A DNA stretch of 64,000 bases from Acidobacteria bacterium RIFCSPLOWO2_02_FULL_65_29 (GCA_001767435.1 MEKT01000101.1:13054-77053), one strand, 5' to 3'. Counted from the first letter of the stretch, positions 43,161-52,887 are shown. Program-made: numbers and translations. The notes: a model not told the origin generated them from the letters alone.

Positions 43161-43618
43161 TCGCGCGCACTGCCCGATTCCGAGCGCTCGGTCGAACGGA
43201 CAGGAAGCTGGTGCTGGAAGCCGCCGGCCTGCTGACGTGCGCGTGGCTTGGCGTACGGTGCCTCCGGTATCCGACACTGTGCGCGTCGTTGGAGCGGTGG
43301 GCAGCCTCGACCCGCACGCGTCACCATCGACGAGAACGAGCTACGCCCGATGCGATCGCTCGCGTTGTGTGGGCCATGAGTGCCGTCGCACGACAGTTCC
43401 CGGCATTCCGAACCTGTCTCGTCGAGGCGTTGGCCGTGCACGCCATGCTCAGGCGTCGGGGGCTTCCCTCCGAGATGCGGCTGGGCGTTCGCACCCCGGG
43501 TTCCCAGGCAGCCTCGCTTGTGGCCCACGCCTGGGTCGAGTGCGACGGTGTCGTCGTGGTGGGCAACGATCGGGATTTGCCGCAGTACGCAGTACTGTCG
43601 GCGATAGGGCGGTCGTGA
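43157..43618 (+). CDS. lasso peptide B2 leader peptidase (transglutaminase-like cysteine protease)
   Basis: FRTCLVEALAVHAMLRRRGLPSEMRLGVR and LVAHAWVECDGVVVVG (Cys/His/Asp). Its GTG start overlaps the B1 stop as GTGA. Confidence 0.85.
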   Translation: MIARTARFRALGRTDRKLVLEAAGLLTCAWLGVRCLRYPTLCASLERWAASTRTRHHRRERATPDAIARVVWAMSAVARQFPAFRTCLVEALAVHAMLRRRGLPSEMRLGVRTPGSQAASLVAHAWVECDGVVVVGNDRDLPQYAVLSAIGRS

Positions 43619-44757
43619 CGACGGCAGGGTCATCGGCGCGTCAGACTGGCGCGCTGGCGGCGCTCCTCCGGGGTGAGGAAGTCCCCTGGCGCAAGCTGGC
43701 GAACACTGCCGACGATCTGGTGCTGGCGTGCGAGCAGGAGGACCTCACGGCGCTCGTCTACCGGACGCTTGACTCCAGCCGGACGTGCCACGATTGGCCC
43801 TCGACGGCGCGGGACGCCATCGCCAGGACCGCTCGACACGACGCAGTGCGGGAGGAGCTGCGCCGCCGAGAAATCGCGACCGTCCTGGGAACCCTTGCGC
43901 GCGATCGCATCTACCCGATCCTGTTCAAAGGCGCGGCGCTCGCCTACAGCGTGTACGAGACGCCCTCCGCAAGGCCACGCAGCGACACCGACCTGCTGGT
44001 TCGCCGCGAGGATGTGGAGGCGGTCAGGCGCGTGATGAGGGGACTGGGGTACGCCGCCACTCCGTATTGCGACGGCGAGCTGCTCTTCTGCCAGTTCGAG
44101 ATGGCGAAGACCGACAACTTCGGGGTGGACCACGCCTTCGACATCCACTGGAAGATCAGCACGCAGGCTCTCTTCGCGGACATGCTCGACTACGAGACCG
44201 TGACGAGAGAGAGCGTCCATCTGCCGGCCGTGGCACCGGAGGCCAGGGCAGCGGGTCTCGTGCACGCTCTGCTCCTGGCATGCGTGCACCCCGCCATGCA
44301 CCACCGGAACGAGGAGCGCCTCATCTGGCTGTACGACGTCCACCTGCTCGCCTCGCAGCTCTCCTCCAGCGAGCTCGAACGCTTCACCGCCCTCGCGCTC
44401 GACAAACGCGTCGCCGCTGTCTGCCGTCATCAGCTCGACCTTGCACGGTGGCGGTTCCAGACGGTCATCCCCGAGCGCGTGCTCCACGCACTCTCGACGC
44501 CGCCCTGGCTCGAACGATCGGCCGAGTACCTGCCGCGCGATCGACGGTGGCACCACGAGCTTCTGAGCTCGATGCGCGCCTTGCCGCGCTGGCGCGATCG
44601 CGCCCAGCTTGCCCGCGAAGTGCTGCTCCCCAACTCCCGCTACATGCTTGCGGCCTACGGCGTCGGCGCCGGCAGACGAAGCGTCGCCCTCCTGCCGGCG
44701 CTCTACGTGCATCGCGCGCTGTACGGTACCTGGAAGATCTTGCGCGGCTGGAAGTAG
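43615..44757 (+). CDS. uncharacterised nucleotidyltransferase family protein (PF14907-like)
   Basis: The in-frame GTG at 43615 overlaps the B2 stop as GTGA. ILFKGAALAYSVYETPSARPRSDTDLLVRREDVEAV, FDIHWKIS. Confidence 0.75.
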   Translation: MTTAGSSARQTGALAALLRGEEVPWRKLANTADDLVLACEQEDLTALVYRTLDSSRTCHDWPSTARDAIARTARHDAVREELRRREIATVLGTLARDRIYPILFKGAALAYSVYETPSARPRSDTDLLVRREDVEAVRRVMRGLGYAATPYCDGELLFCQFEMAKTDNFGVDHAFDIHWKISTQALFADMLDYETVTRESVHLPAVAPEARAAGLVHALLLACVHPAMHHRNEERLIWLYDVHLLASQLSSSELERFTALALDKRVAAVCRHQLDLARWRFQTVIPERVLHALSTPPWLERSAEYLPRDRRWHHELLSSMRALPRWRDRAQLAREVLLPNSRYMLAAYGVGAGRRSVALLPALYVHRALYGTWKILRGWK

Positions 44758-44766
44758 CAGATGCTG

Positions 44767-45933
44767 CTAAGCCAGGGCGGCCCTGAACAGCACGCGGCGG
44801 GCGGGGGGATGCTTCAGCAGGGCGACGATGAACTCGCGGTGGCGATTGAAGGTGGCGGTCCGGCGTACGATTGGCATGATGCCGTCTGTCCGTGCCAGCT
44901 CGAACAGCCGATCGATGTCGCCGTCCGAGAGGCGGCGCGCGATTCTACGCAGAATCAGCTGCCAGCGTAGTTCCGACCCGAGCCGCCCGCGCCACGCGGT
45001 CTCATAGGCCGCGAGCGCATCTCGATGCACCTGGTCGGTGGCAAGCGCCTTCACGAGCGTTTCGGCGGCGAGCTCCCCGCTCAAGAGACTGTAGTAGATG
45101 CCGCCGCCGGTCGTCGGCTTCACGAGTCCGGCCGCGTCGCCAAGCACCAGGACGCGGTCGTCGTACGTCCGCTTGATCGGCGCGAGCGGCAGGATCTTCA
45201 GGCGGGGCGAGCAGCCTTCGCCGACGCGAACCCCCCAGCGCTTGGCAATCGACCCGAGCATCAAGCGATAGTGGCGGCTGGCGTCGCCCTCGCACATCAC
45301 GCCGACGCGCACACACGTGCGATCCGGCCGCTCGACCGGCACGGCCCAGGCGAAGCCTCCCGGCGCCACGTAGGCGCCGAAATGCACTTCAACGGGACCG
45401 ATCCGCCCGGCCGGCAGCTCGGCCTGCGCCGACTGCAGCATCATCCGCGGCAGCCCGAGGCCCAGCCGCTGCTGAAGCGCGTAGTTGGCGCCGCATGCGA
45501 GCACGACGACGCGGGCCCACGTGTGGCCGTCGCCCGCCGTCAGGCGCACGCCTTCGCGCTCGACATCGATCGAGGTCACGCGGGCGTGTCGTATGCACAC
45601 CCCGGCACGCTCGGCGTCATCGGCCAGCGCGCGATCGAACAGCGTCCGATCGATCACCACCGCCTCGACCTCCGGCGTGGAGTGCTCGATGGTGTCGCCC
45701 GACGGCGAATAAAAACGAACGGTGGTGAGCTCGTTCAAGACGGTGTGGGACGACAGCCCGAACGCGTCGAAGGCATCGCGCGCGAGGACCCCGGTGCAGT
45801 GGACGGGCTCGCCGATATCGGGATGCTCCTCGAAGAGCACGACGCGCCAGCCGGCCCGTGCGATCCTGAGACCTGCAGAGAGGCCTGCAGGACCGCCGCC
45901 GATGATTGCGACGTCGCTTTGATCGTGGTTCAC
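44767..45933 (-). CDS. geranylgeranyl-reductase-family FAD-dependent oxidoreductase
   Basis: DVAIIGGGPAGLSAGLRIARAGWRVVLFE, GDAAGLVKPTTGGGIYYSL. Confidence 0.85.
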   Translation of the reverse strand: MNHDQSDVAIIGGGPAGLSAGLRIARAGWRVVLFEEHPDIGEPVHCTGVLARDAFDAFGLSSHTVLNELTTVRFYSPSGDTIEHSTPEVEAVVIDRTLFDRALADDAERAGVCIRHARVTSIDVEREGVRLTAGDGHTWARVVVLACGANYALQQRLGLGLPRMMLQSAQAELPAGRIGPVEVHFGAYVAPGGFAWAVPVERPDRTCVRVGVMCEGDASRHYRLMLGSIAKRWGVRVGEGCSPRLKILPLAPIKRTYDDRVLVLGDAAGLVKPTTGGGIYYSLLSGELAAETLVKALATDQVHRDALAAYETAWRGRLGSELRWQLILRRIARRLSDGDIDRLFELARTDGIMPIVRRTATFNRHREFIVALLKHPPARRVLFRAALA

Positions 45934-46080
45934 GTGTGATAGGTCCAGACGGTCGCCGGGTCGGCCGATTATACGAGCATTCGCGCGCGGCAGCCTACTC
46001 GATGGTCCTCGCCAGGCCGGTTCGAAAATCGGTGCGCGCGCGAAAACCGCCGCCCCGGGTCACGTGAGGCGCTCCCGATT

Positions 46081-46905
46081 TCACGATGCCTCCGTCTGCC
46101 GGTTCTCGACGGGCTTCCGCAGGACGAACCAGACCTGCGTGGCCAGATGCGGGCCAAGCCACGGCAGCGGCGAGGCCACGGTCTTCTCGAGCACGAACCG
46201 TCCGCGAAGACGCGCCCGAAGCGACATCCAGTTGAAGCCCTTGTGATCGTGAAACGGCGAGGCGCCGGCGGCGCCAGACACAGGCCGAACCAGATGCTGC
46301 CGCTCGCCCGCCCACACGCTGCGCCAGTACTCGCCTAGCGTGTAGGGGCTCGTGCCCGGATAGTCGCCAATTCCGCGCCACCCGGCCAGTCGGCGCGCGG
46401 CCTGCTTGACGAGCAGCGGCAGGCCGGTTTCGACAGGAACGCTCACCAGCAGCGTGCCGCCTGGCGCCAGGACCCGCCATAACCGATCGATCACAGCGTC
46501 GAGGACGACGACGTGCTCGAGCACCTCCATACAGACGACGCCATCGTACCGCGCTCGGTGCTCGTCATCGTCGAGTGCCGGGACCAGCGCGAAGCGGAGC
46601 CCCCGGCGCTCGCCCAGCCGTGCCTGGCAGTCGCTGACCTGAAACTGGTCGATCTCGACACCGAGGGCCTCGACAGGCGGTGACGGTCCAGCCGAGAGCA
46701 GCGCGAGGAACGTTCCGTCGCCGCATCCGTAGTCGAGAACGCTCTGCCCGGCGAACCGCGCGGCCAGGCGAAGGCCGACCTCGAAGCGGCGCCGATGGCT
46801 CCACGCGATCAGAGGATCCCTGCAGAAGATCTGCTTGGTCGCGTAGTGCCCCTCGCGGAGCGCGGGATCGACGCCCTTCAGAACTTCCGCTCCCGAGCTT
46901 CCCAC
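46081..46905 (-). CDS. class I SAM-dependent methyltransferase
   Basis: SVLDYGCGDGTFLALL, VVCMEVLEHV, LAPGGTLLVSVP. Confidence 0.8.
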   Translation of the reverse strand: MGSSGAEVLKGVDPALREGHYATKQIFCRDPLIAWSHRRRFEVGLRLAARFAGQSVLDYGCGDGTFLALLSAGPSPPVEALGVEIDQFQVSDCQARLGERRGLRFALVPALDDDEHRARYDGVVCMEVLEHVVVLDAVIDRLWRVLAPGGTLLVSVPVETGLPLLVKQAARRLAGWRGIGDYPGTSPYTLGEYWRSVWAGERQHLVRPVSGAAGASPFHDHKGFNWMSLRARLRGRFVLEKTVASPLPWLGPHLATQVWFVLRKPVENRQTEAS

Positions 46906-47486
46906 GCGCCTCGGAGGGTGATCCAGAACGACACGAGAATGAGCCTGAGATCGAGGAGCAACGATCGCCGTCGGATGTAGAGCAGATCGAAACGGAACTT
47001 CTGGCGGCGCGAGACGTCGCGAGGCGCGTAGATCTGCGCGATGCCTGTGAGGCCCGGTGGCACGGAGGTCCGCTCGGGGAAGCCGGGAATGGCGTGAAGC
47101 GGCACACGCGCGCCGTTGGCGTCCACCTCGATTTCTTCTGGCCGGAGCGCTCGCGGGCCGACAACGCTCATATCGCCGCGAAAGATGTTCCAGAGCTGCG
47201 GCAGCTCGTCCAGGGCGGTGGCCCGGAGCAGCGTACCAACGCGCGTGACGCGGGGATCGCGCTCGACAGCCTGTACGGGGCCCACACCGCGCTCGGCGTC
47301 GGGAATCATGGAACGGAACTTCAGCGCGTCGAACGCACGCCCGCCCTCGCCGACGCGGCCTTGCGCATAGAACACGGGGCCGCCATCCTCGATCTTGATC
47401 GCCAGCGCGATCGCCACCGAGAGCGGTGCGGACAGGACCAGACCGAGGCCCGATAGCACAACGTCCAGCGCGCGCTTTGTGGTCAC
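46878..47486 (-). CDS. priming polyprenyl-phosphate sugar phosphotransferase (bacterial sugar transferase family)
   Basis: KRALDVVLSGLGLVLSAPL, GGPVFYAQGRVGEGGRAFDALKFRSM, DELPQLWNIFRGDMSVVGPRA. Confidence 0.9.
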   Translation of the reverse strand: MTTKRALDVVLSGLGLVLSAPLSVAIALAIKIEDGGPVFYAQGRVGEGGRAFDALKFRSMIPDAERGVGPVQAVERDPRVTRVGTLLRATALDELPQLWNIFRGDMSVVGPRALRPEEIEVDANGARVPLHAIPGFPERTSVPPGLTGIAQIYAPRDVSRRQKFRFDLLYIRRRSLLLDLRLILVSFWITLRGAWEARERKF

Positions 47487-47529
47487 GGTAGCGAAGCTTC
47501 GCCTACATCGCCGAGTAACGGGCCCGTGA

Positions 47530-47578
47530 GAACACTTGCCTCATTCGCTTGGACATCGGCGTTGCAAGATGTCTAGAC
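47530..47578 (-). repeat. ~50-nt junction motif, copy iii
   Basis: The minus strand reads GTCTAGACATCTTGCAACGCCGATGTCCAAGCGAATGAGGCAAGTGTTC. Its TAG is the stop of the upstream glycosyltransferase, and it lies 40-90 nt upstream of the sugar-transferase start. Confidence 0.6.
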
Positions 47579-48733
47579 CTCGGCGCGCGTCGCGCGCGAA
47601 TCGGCCAGCGCTTCCGGCGCGTGAATCGCGCGCTCGACCACGTCTTTGAACGTCGCGACCATCCGGTCACGCGTGAACAGATCGGCCGCCCGCGCGGCCG
47701 CGCCGCGTCCGAGGCGCGCGCGAAGGTCGGGGTCCGCCGCCAGACGGCCGAGCGCAGCGGCCAGTCGCCCCGCATCCGCCGGCGGCACGACGAGGCCGCT
47801 CACGCCATCCTGGTTGACCCACGGCACCCCGGTCGGAAGATTCGTGCTCACCACCGGAATGCCCGCGGCCATGGCCTCGACCTGCACGACCCCAAACGCC
47901 TCGGTTTTCGCAACCGATGGCAGCACGAGCACGTCCGCCGCCTGGTAGTACGCCGGCAGGTCCTCGTCCGACACGCGGCCCAGAAACCGCACGCGGTCCT
48001 GGATCCCACGCGCGATCGCGCGCTGCCTGAGCTCGGGCTCGAGCGGACCGTCGCCAACGAGCAGCAGCGTGCCGCCCGATTGCGCCGCAGCATCGATGAG
48101 CACGTCGACGCCCTTGTAGTACACGAAGCGCCCGACAAACAGCACCCGCGGGCCGGGCACCGAGGCCTTCAGCCGGTCACGGATCGCGCGTTGGCCTTCG
48201 GTGAGATGACGAAATCGATCGATCGGTACGCCGAACGGAATGACCACCACTCGGCGGGCCTGCTGCACCAGCGGTGAATGGTCGGCGAGATGGGGACTCG
48301 AGACGATGACGCATTCGGCCCGGCGATAGAGCGCGCGCTGCACGTGCCCATAGGTGTGCGGCGCCCAGAACGGACGCACCAAATCGCTGTGATGCCAGAC
48401 GATCAGCCGTGCCGCCGGCGTACGCAGGAACAGCGCCGCGCCGGCCACGGGATTGGGCTCGTGAAGAACGACGCAGTCCGAGCGCAGACGCCAGAGATGC
48501 GCTGGATACGTCGGGCACAGCGGCACGGACGCCACCGCGCCGAATGCCGCCGCGCGCACGACATCGACCGCGCCCACGCGCTCGTGGATCGTGCGCGGGG
48601 CGTCGTTGGCCGCGACGACACGCACGTGCCACTCCTCCGCCGTGCCCCAGCACAGGTCGGCGATCACGGTTTCCATGCCGCCGCGTACCGGCGGATAGAA
48701 CTTGGCGGCGTGGACGACGGTCAGGCGTGGCAT
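47573..48733 (-). CDS. glycosyltransferase family 4
   Basis: MPRLTVVHAAKFYPPVRGGME, EAFGVVQVEAMAAGIPVVST. Confidence 0.9.
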   Translation of the reverse strand: MPRLTVVHAAKFYPPVRGGMETVIADLCWGTAEEWHVRVVAANDAPRTIHERVGAVDVVRAAAFGAVASVPLCPTYPAHLWRLRSDCVVLHEPNPVAGAALFLRTPAARLIVWHHSDLVRPFWAPHTYGHVQRALYRRAECVIVSSPHLADHSPLVQQARRVVVIPFGVPIDRFRHLTEGQRAIRDRLKASVPGPRVLFVGRFVYYKGVDVLIDAAAQSGGTLLLVGDGPLEPELRQRAIARGIQDRVRFLGRVSDEDLPAYYQAADVLVLPSVAKTEAFGVVQVEAMAAGIPVVSTNLPTGVPWVNQDGVSGLVVPPADAGRLAAALGRLAADPDLRARLGRGAAARAADLFTRDRMVATFKDVVERAIHAPEALADSRATRAEV

Positions 48734-48766
48734 GGTCAGAGTGGGGTCAGAGTGGGGTCAGACCCC
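48734..48766 (-). repeat. 11-nt tandem array: the minus strand reads GGGGTCTGACC followed by 2x CCACTCTGACC, then the ATG
   Basis: Contains the stop of the upstream glycosyltransferase and directly abuts the ATG at 48733. Confidence 0.85.
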
Positions 48767-49914
48767 GCCGCCACCGTGAGATACACGCCGGCCAGCTCGG
48801 CGGCGAAGCGCGCCCACGTGAATCGGCCCGCCCACACCACGCCTCGCGCCCGGCGCGTGGCGAAATGGTCGCGATGATCGGATCGCTCCTGGATCAGGCG
48901 TCGCGCGGCTCGTGCCCACGCCTCGCGGTCAGAAGGAACGCAGAATTCGGCGGCCGGACCACCGACCTCGCGCAGCGCCGGCAGATCACTCGCCAGCACG
49001 GGCGTGCCGCACGCCAGCGCCTCGACGATAGGCAGACCGAAGCCTTCGCGATCCGAAGGCAGCACGGCGATCGCGGCACGCCGGTAGACGGCGGCGAGAA
49101 GGCGATCGTCGATGGGCGGCAGCACCGATACCCGACCGTCGAGGCGGAGATCGCGCCTCAACCGGTCCTGTTCCGTGGTGAACGGGCCACCCACCCGTAC
49201 CAGGCGCACGCGATCGACGTGTGGCGCGAGGTCCGCGCACAGGCGAAGGACCCGATCGAGATGCTTGCGCGGCGCCGAGCTGCCGACGTGGAGGATTTCG
49301 ACGGCTCCCGCCGGCGCGGCCACGAGCTCGGCCGCACCGCGATCGGCATCCGGGTCGGCGTCGGGCCGGAACTGGGCGCCGACGCCGATGGGCGTCACAA
49401 TCACGCGATCGGCCGGCGCCAGATTCCGCGCCAGGATCTCGTCGCGCACAGCGGAGGTGTCGCACGTCACGTAGGCCGCCCGTCGCAATCCGTCGAGAAT
49501 GTGACGAGTCATCGCCCTGAACAGCGGCGACCGTGGATCCTCGGCGGGAGCCAGCACCGATCGAAACGTATCGAGATCGTGGCACGTGACGACCGCGCGC
49601 CCAGGCGGCAGCCGGCGTACGAGCTGAGAATAACTGTGATCGACGACGTGGAACACGTCGTACGAGGAGGCGAGTCCGGCGACGTGCCGCGGGTAGTCGA
49701 CCAGGCGGTTCAACCCTCGATCGACGTTGACCGCTGCCGCACCGGAAAGCCACCGCATCGCGCGTGGTGTAAACGGTGGGCACGCGGCGGACGCCTCGAT
49801 CGTCGAGGCGTGATCGGAGGCGAGCGTCGCGAGCAGCCGATCGGCGACCCGATCCATGCTCGGCCAGCCTTCTTCACGGAAGTCGGCGCAGACGGCTACA
49901 CGCACCCGCCTCAA
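48736..49914 (-). CDS. glycosyltransferase family 4
   Basis: VRVAVCADFREEGWPSMD, EGFGLPIVEALACGTPVLASD. The start is TTG at 49914 (TTGA overlap) or GTG at 49905. Confidence 0.85.
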   Translation of the reverse strand: MRRVRVAVCADFREEGWPSMDRVADRLLATLASDHASTIEASAACPPFTPRAMRWLSGAAAVNVDRGLNRLVDYPRHVAGLASSYDVFHVVDHSYSQLVRRLPPGRAVVTCHDLDTFRSVLAPAEDPRSPLFRAMTRHILDGLRRAAYVTCDTSAVRDEILARNLAPADRVIVTPIGVGAQFRPDADPDADRGAAELVAAPAGAVEILHVGSSAPRKHLDRVLRLCADLAPHVDRVRLVRVGGPFTTEQDRLRRDLRLDGRVSVLPPIDDRLLAAVYRRAAIAVLPSDREGFGLPIVEALACGTPVLASDLPALREVGGPAAEFCVPSDREAWARAARRLIQERSDHRDHFATRRARGVVWAGRFTWARFAAELAGVYLTVAAGSDPTLTPL

Positions 49915-51065
49915 GCCAGAGCCCCATCGACGAGCCGGCGGAAGAAGTCGGCGTGCTGGCGCGCGACGACCGGCCAGTCGTACCTGGACACCGCCGCCAG
50001 CCGGCCGCGCGCCGACAGATCGCGCCTGAGCGCCTCGTCACCAAGGACCTGCTGCAGCGCGCGCGTCCAGGCGGCCACGTCCCCTTCCGCCACGATGATG
50101 CCGCTGCCGCCGACGACGTGCGGAATCTCGCCGCTGTCGGAGGCCACGACGGGCACGCCGCATGCGAACGCCTCGATGAGCATGCGGCCGAACTGCTCCC
50201 GCCACTTCGGCGTCGACTGGCTGGGCGCGGCCAGAACGTCCATGGCGTTCAACCAGCGTGGGACGTCTTGGTGCCTGACCTCGGTATTGATCGCCACGCG
50301 GGCGCCGTGGCGCCGCGCCCAGGCGCGCAGGGTAGCTTCGAGGGGCCCCGCCCCAATGATGAGCGCCCGCCACGGCAAGGCGACGCGATCCAGCGTCTCG
50401 GCCAGCAGCGTGACGCCTTTTTCCGGCACCAACCGCCCAAGAAACCCCACGACCGGCACCTCGTCGCGCCACCCGAGCGACGCACGGACGGCTGCGCGCG
50501 TCTCGGGATCCGGGGCAAACCGGATCGTGTCGACCCCGGGCGGAATAGTGCGCACGCGGCTGGGCGGAACACCGCGATCGGTCAGCACATCGAAGACCGT
50601 TCGCCCGAACGCGATGAACCCGTCGGCGCGTTTGAATGTGCGCCGCTCGATCCAGTTGAACGGAGGCGGGTAGCGCTTGGCAATGTTTTGGAACGTGGCA
50701 AACACGAGCGGCACGCGCGCCGACGTCGCGAACGCAACCTCAGCGGCCGCGGCAACGTAGGGCTCCTCCCAGCAGTGGACAAGGTCCCAGGGCCGACGGA
50801 GAAGCTCGAAAAGCGGACGGCCGTACAGCATCAAGTGAACCGGCTGTGTGAAATACGCAGGCAGCCGAGCGAGCGTGCACTGCTCGCCAGGTTCGGCGGT
50901 GGTGACATGCCAGCCGAAGTCGCCGTGGAAACGCGCGGGAGCAGCCGCCGTCACGTCCCATTCCCCGGCGGCCGCCAGCTCGTGTGCGAGGCGCCGATTG
51001 ACGCCCACCGAATACGAGTGACCGATGGTCAGGAGCCGCCGGGGCCGACCTGCGCCGCCGCTCAT
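49911..51065 (-). CDS. glycosyltransferase family 4
   Basis: RLLTIGHSYSVGVNR, REQFGRMLIEAFACGVPVVASDSGEIP. Confidence 0.85.
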   Translation of the reverse strand: MSGGAGRPRRLLTIGHSYSVGVNRRLAHELAAAGEWDVTAAAPARFHGDFGWHVTTAEPGEQCTLARLPAYFTQPVHLMLYGRPLFELLRRPWDLVHCWEEPYVAAAAEVAFATSARVPLVFATFQNIAKRYPPPFNWIERRTFKRADGFIAFGRTVFDVLTDRGVPPSRVRTIPPGVDTIRFAPDPETRAAVRASLGWRDEVPVVGFLGRLVPEKGVTLLAETLDRVALPWRALIIGAGPLEATLRAWARRHGARVAINTEVRHQDVPRWLNAMDVLAAPSQSTPKWREQFGRMLIEAFACGVPVVASDSGEIPHVVGGSGIIVAEGDVAAWTRALQQVLGDEALRRDLSARGRLAAVSRYDWPVVARQHADFFRRLVDGALA

Positions 51066-51138
51066 ACCGGGACGCTGGTGGCCGGCACCGGGCGACCGGC
51101 GGCGCTGTGGATGATGTCGAGTCGGTCAGCGGTTCGCG

Positions 51139-51867
51139 TCACGTGGTGGCGTCGGTTTTCTCGAACGCGTGAACGTTTTTCTTGTACCACGGCGGCAGCG
51201 CCAGCGCCGCCAGCGCCGCCCTCAATTCGTCGTCACACGGCGACAATCGGAACCCGCGCTCTGCCAACCGCGCGATCCAATAGCTCGCCGGGCGCTCGTT
51301 GACGTGCAACGTTCCGCCTTGATTCGGATGCGCCGCTGAGAAGATCAATCGAGGTGCGCAGGTGAGGATGTCGAGAAGCTTGCCGCAGTGCCAGGAAGGC
51401 AGATGCTCGGCCACTTCGAGACAAAGAGCCAGATCAAAGGGTCCGGCTTCTCTCGAAAAGGCCAGTGCCTGCCTGCGGGTGAGCGCCACGATGTCGAGCG
51501 GACTGACCAGGAGCTGGTGTGCCTCGGTCCGAGCGATCGCCGTGGGCGAATCGTCGAATCCTCTCAGCGTCAGGCGAGGGTCGGCCGCGGACAACGCTCG
51601 GAGCGCCAATCCCTGCCCGCAGCCGATGTCGACGATCGACGAAGACGGAAAGAGCCGAAGCACGAGACGGGCGAAACCGTCCCAGTCGCCGGTGTCGTGA
51701 AAGTCCCAGAACTGCGCGTCGTAGACCTCGGACCCCGGACGCCATCGCGTTCGCAGTCGTTCGGCGTACCATCGGCCCAGTTCCAGAGTGTTTCGCGCAC
51801 GGCAGGTCGCGTTGGGAAAATAGCGTCTCAGCGCGTTTAGCCGACGGTGAGCCCAAGCGCGATTCAA
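51139..51867 (-). CDS. class I SAM-dependent methyltransferase
   Basis: SIVDIGCGQGLALRAL, LALCLEVAEHL. The start is proposed at the TTG at 51867, just after the stop of the upstream GT2 gene; the track ORF extends to 52050. Confidence 0.7.
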   Translation of the reverse strand: MNRAWAHRRLNALRRYFPNATCRARNTLELGRWYAERLRTRWRPGSEVYDAQFWDFHDTGDWDGFARLVLRLFPSSSIVDIGCGQGLALRALSAADPRLTLRGFDDSPTAIARTEAHQLLVSPLDIVALTRRQALAFSREAGPFDLALCLEVAEHLPSWHCGKLLDILTCAPRLIFSAAHPNQGGTLHVNERPASYWIARLAERGFRLSPCDDELRAALAALALPPWYKKNVHAFEKTDATT

Positions 51868-51892
51868 TGGAATCGATCCGGTGTGCCGTCGT

Positions 51893-52807
51893 TCACGGGG
51901 AGGCGGCCGGAGGAGCGACGAAGGCGGGCCACGTACGGCGGAGACGCCGCCATCGGCGGATGCTCGACCAGCGCATCGGCTGTCGATCGCGCCGGATGCC
52001 GGGCAGCGCCGCGGCCAGCTCCCCAAGAATCCATCGCAGCCCGCCCGCATCGTCGACCTTGCCGTGCCGCCGCATCGCGACGTAGCGCGCCAGTCGCAGC
52101 GGCACGGTCAGCAGCGCCATGAGCAGCGGTTCGTTGTACAACGCGCTCAAACAATCGTTCCGAACGACGTACCGCAGATACCGCGACTCGCTGCGACCGG
52201 ACGGATCCGGCACGTGCGCCACGCGCGCGTGCGGAAGGTAGACGACGTGGTAGCCGGCGTTCAGAAGTCGCAGGCAGTAGTCCTTTTCTTCCCCATAGAA
52301 ATGAAACGACTCCTGATAGCCGCCGAGCTGGAGAAACACGCTCCGCCTGAGCAGGTGCGCGAAGCCGATGTAGGCGGCCACGTAGCAGACGTACTCCACG
52401 GGCGAGGGCTGCATCGCCGCCGGCCACGGCGAGCCATCGGCTTCCGCCTGCGCGCAGGCCACTGCGCCGACATCCGGGTTCTTCTGCGCAACATCGAGGG
52501 CGTGTCGCACGGCGCGGGCGTCAATCAAGTACGCATCGTCATCGAGCAGCAGAACGTATTCGGTCGAGGCGAGGCGCATCATCGCGTTGCGGGCGACGAT
52601 GTACCCGCTGCCAGCGGGTTGCTCCATGAAGCGGATCTTGTCCGCGATCGCCTTTGGCGCTTCACCGAGCACCGGCCCGACAGGCGGGTCGCTCGCGTCG
52701 TCGACGACGATGATCTCGGTAACCATGTCGTTGATGAGCGCTATCGACGCGAGACAGCGTACGAGCGCCTTCGGGCGGTTTCGTGTCGCAATCCCCACGG
52801 TCAGCAT
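51893..52807 (-). CDS. glycosyltransferase family 2
   Basis: MLTVGIATRNRPKALVRCLASI, EIIVVDDASDP, VLLLDDDAYL. Confidence 0.9.
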   Translation of the reverse strand: MLTVGIATRNRPKALVRCLASIALINDMVTEIIVVDDASDPPVGPVLGEAPKAIADKIRFMEQPAGSGYIVARNAMMRLASTEYVLLLDDDAYLIDARAVRHALDVAQKNPDVGAVACAQAEADGSPWPAAMQPSPVEYVCYVAAYIGFAHLLRRSVFLQLGGYQESFHFYGEEKDYCLRLLNAGYHVVYLPHARVAHVPDPSGRSESRYLRYVVRNDCLSALYNEPLLMALLTVPLRLARYVAMRRHGKVDDAGGLRWILGELAAALPGIRRDRQPMRWSSIRRWRRLRRTWPAFVAPPAASP

Positions 52808-52835
52808 CTAGTGTCCCGTCCCGGTGGTTCGTCGT

Positions 52836-52880
52836 CAGGCAGGACTAAAGTCCTGCACTACACGCCGGCGCAAAGCGCTC
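52836..52880 (-). repeat. half copy of the GTGTAG...CTACAC element
   Basis: The reverse complement, GAGCGCTTTGCGCCGGCGTGTAGTGCAGGACTTTAGTCCTGCCTGAC, matches 5177-5222. Confidence 0.7.
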
Positions 52881-52887
52881 TCGGCTT

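Noticed and set aside
39648-45933. Lasso island as a recently acquired mobile element
   Set aside because: No integrase, transposase, tRNA target or flanking direct repeats were seen. The base composition looks the same as the surrounding EPS genes by eye.
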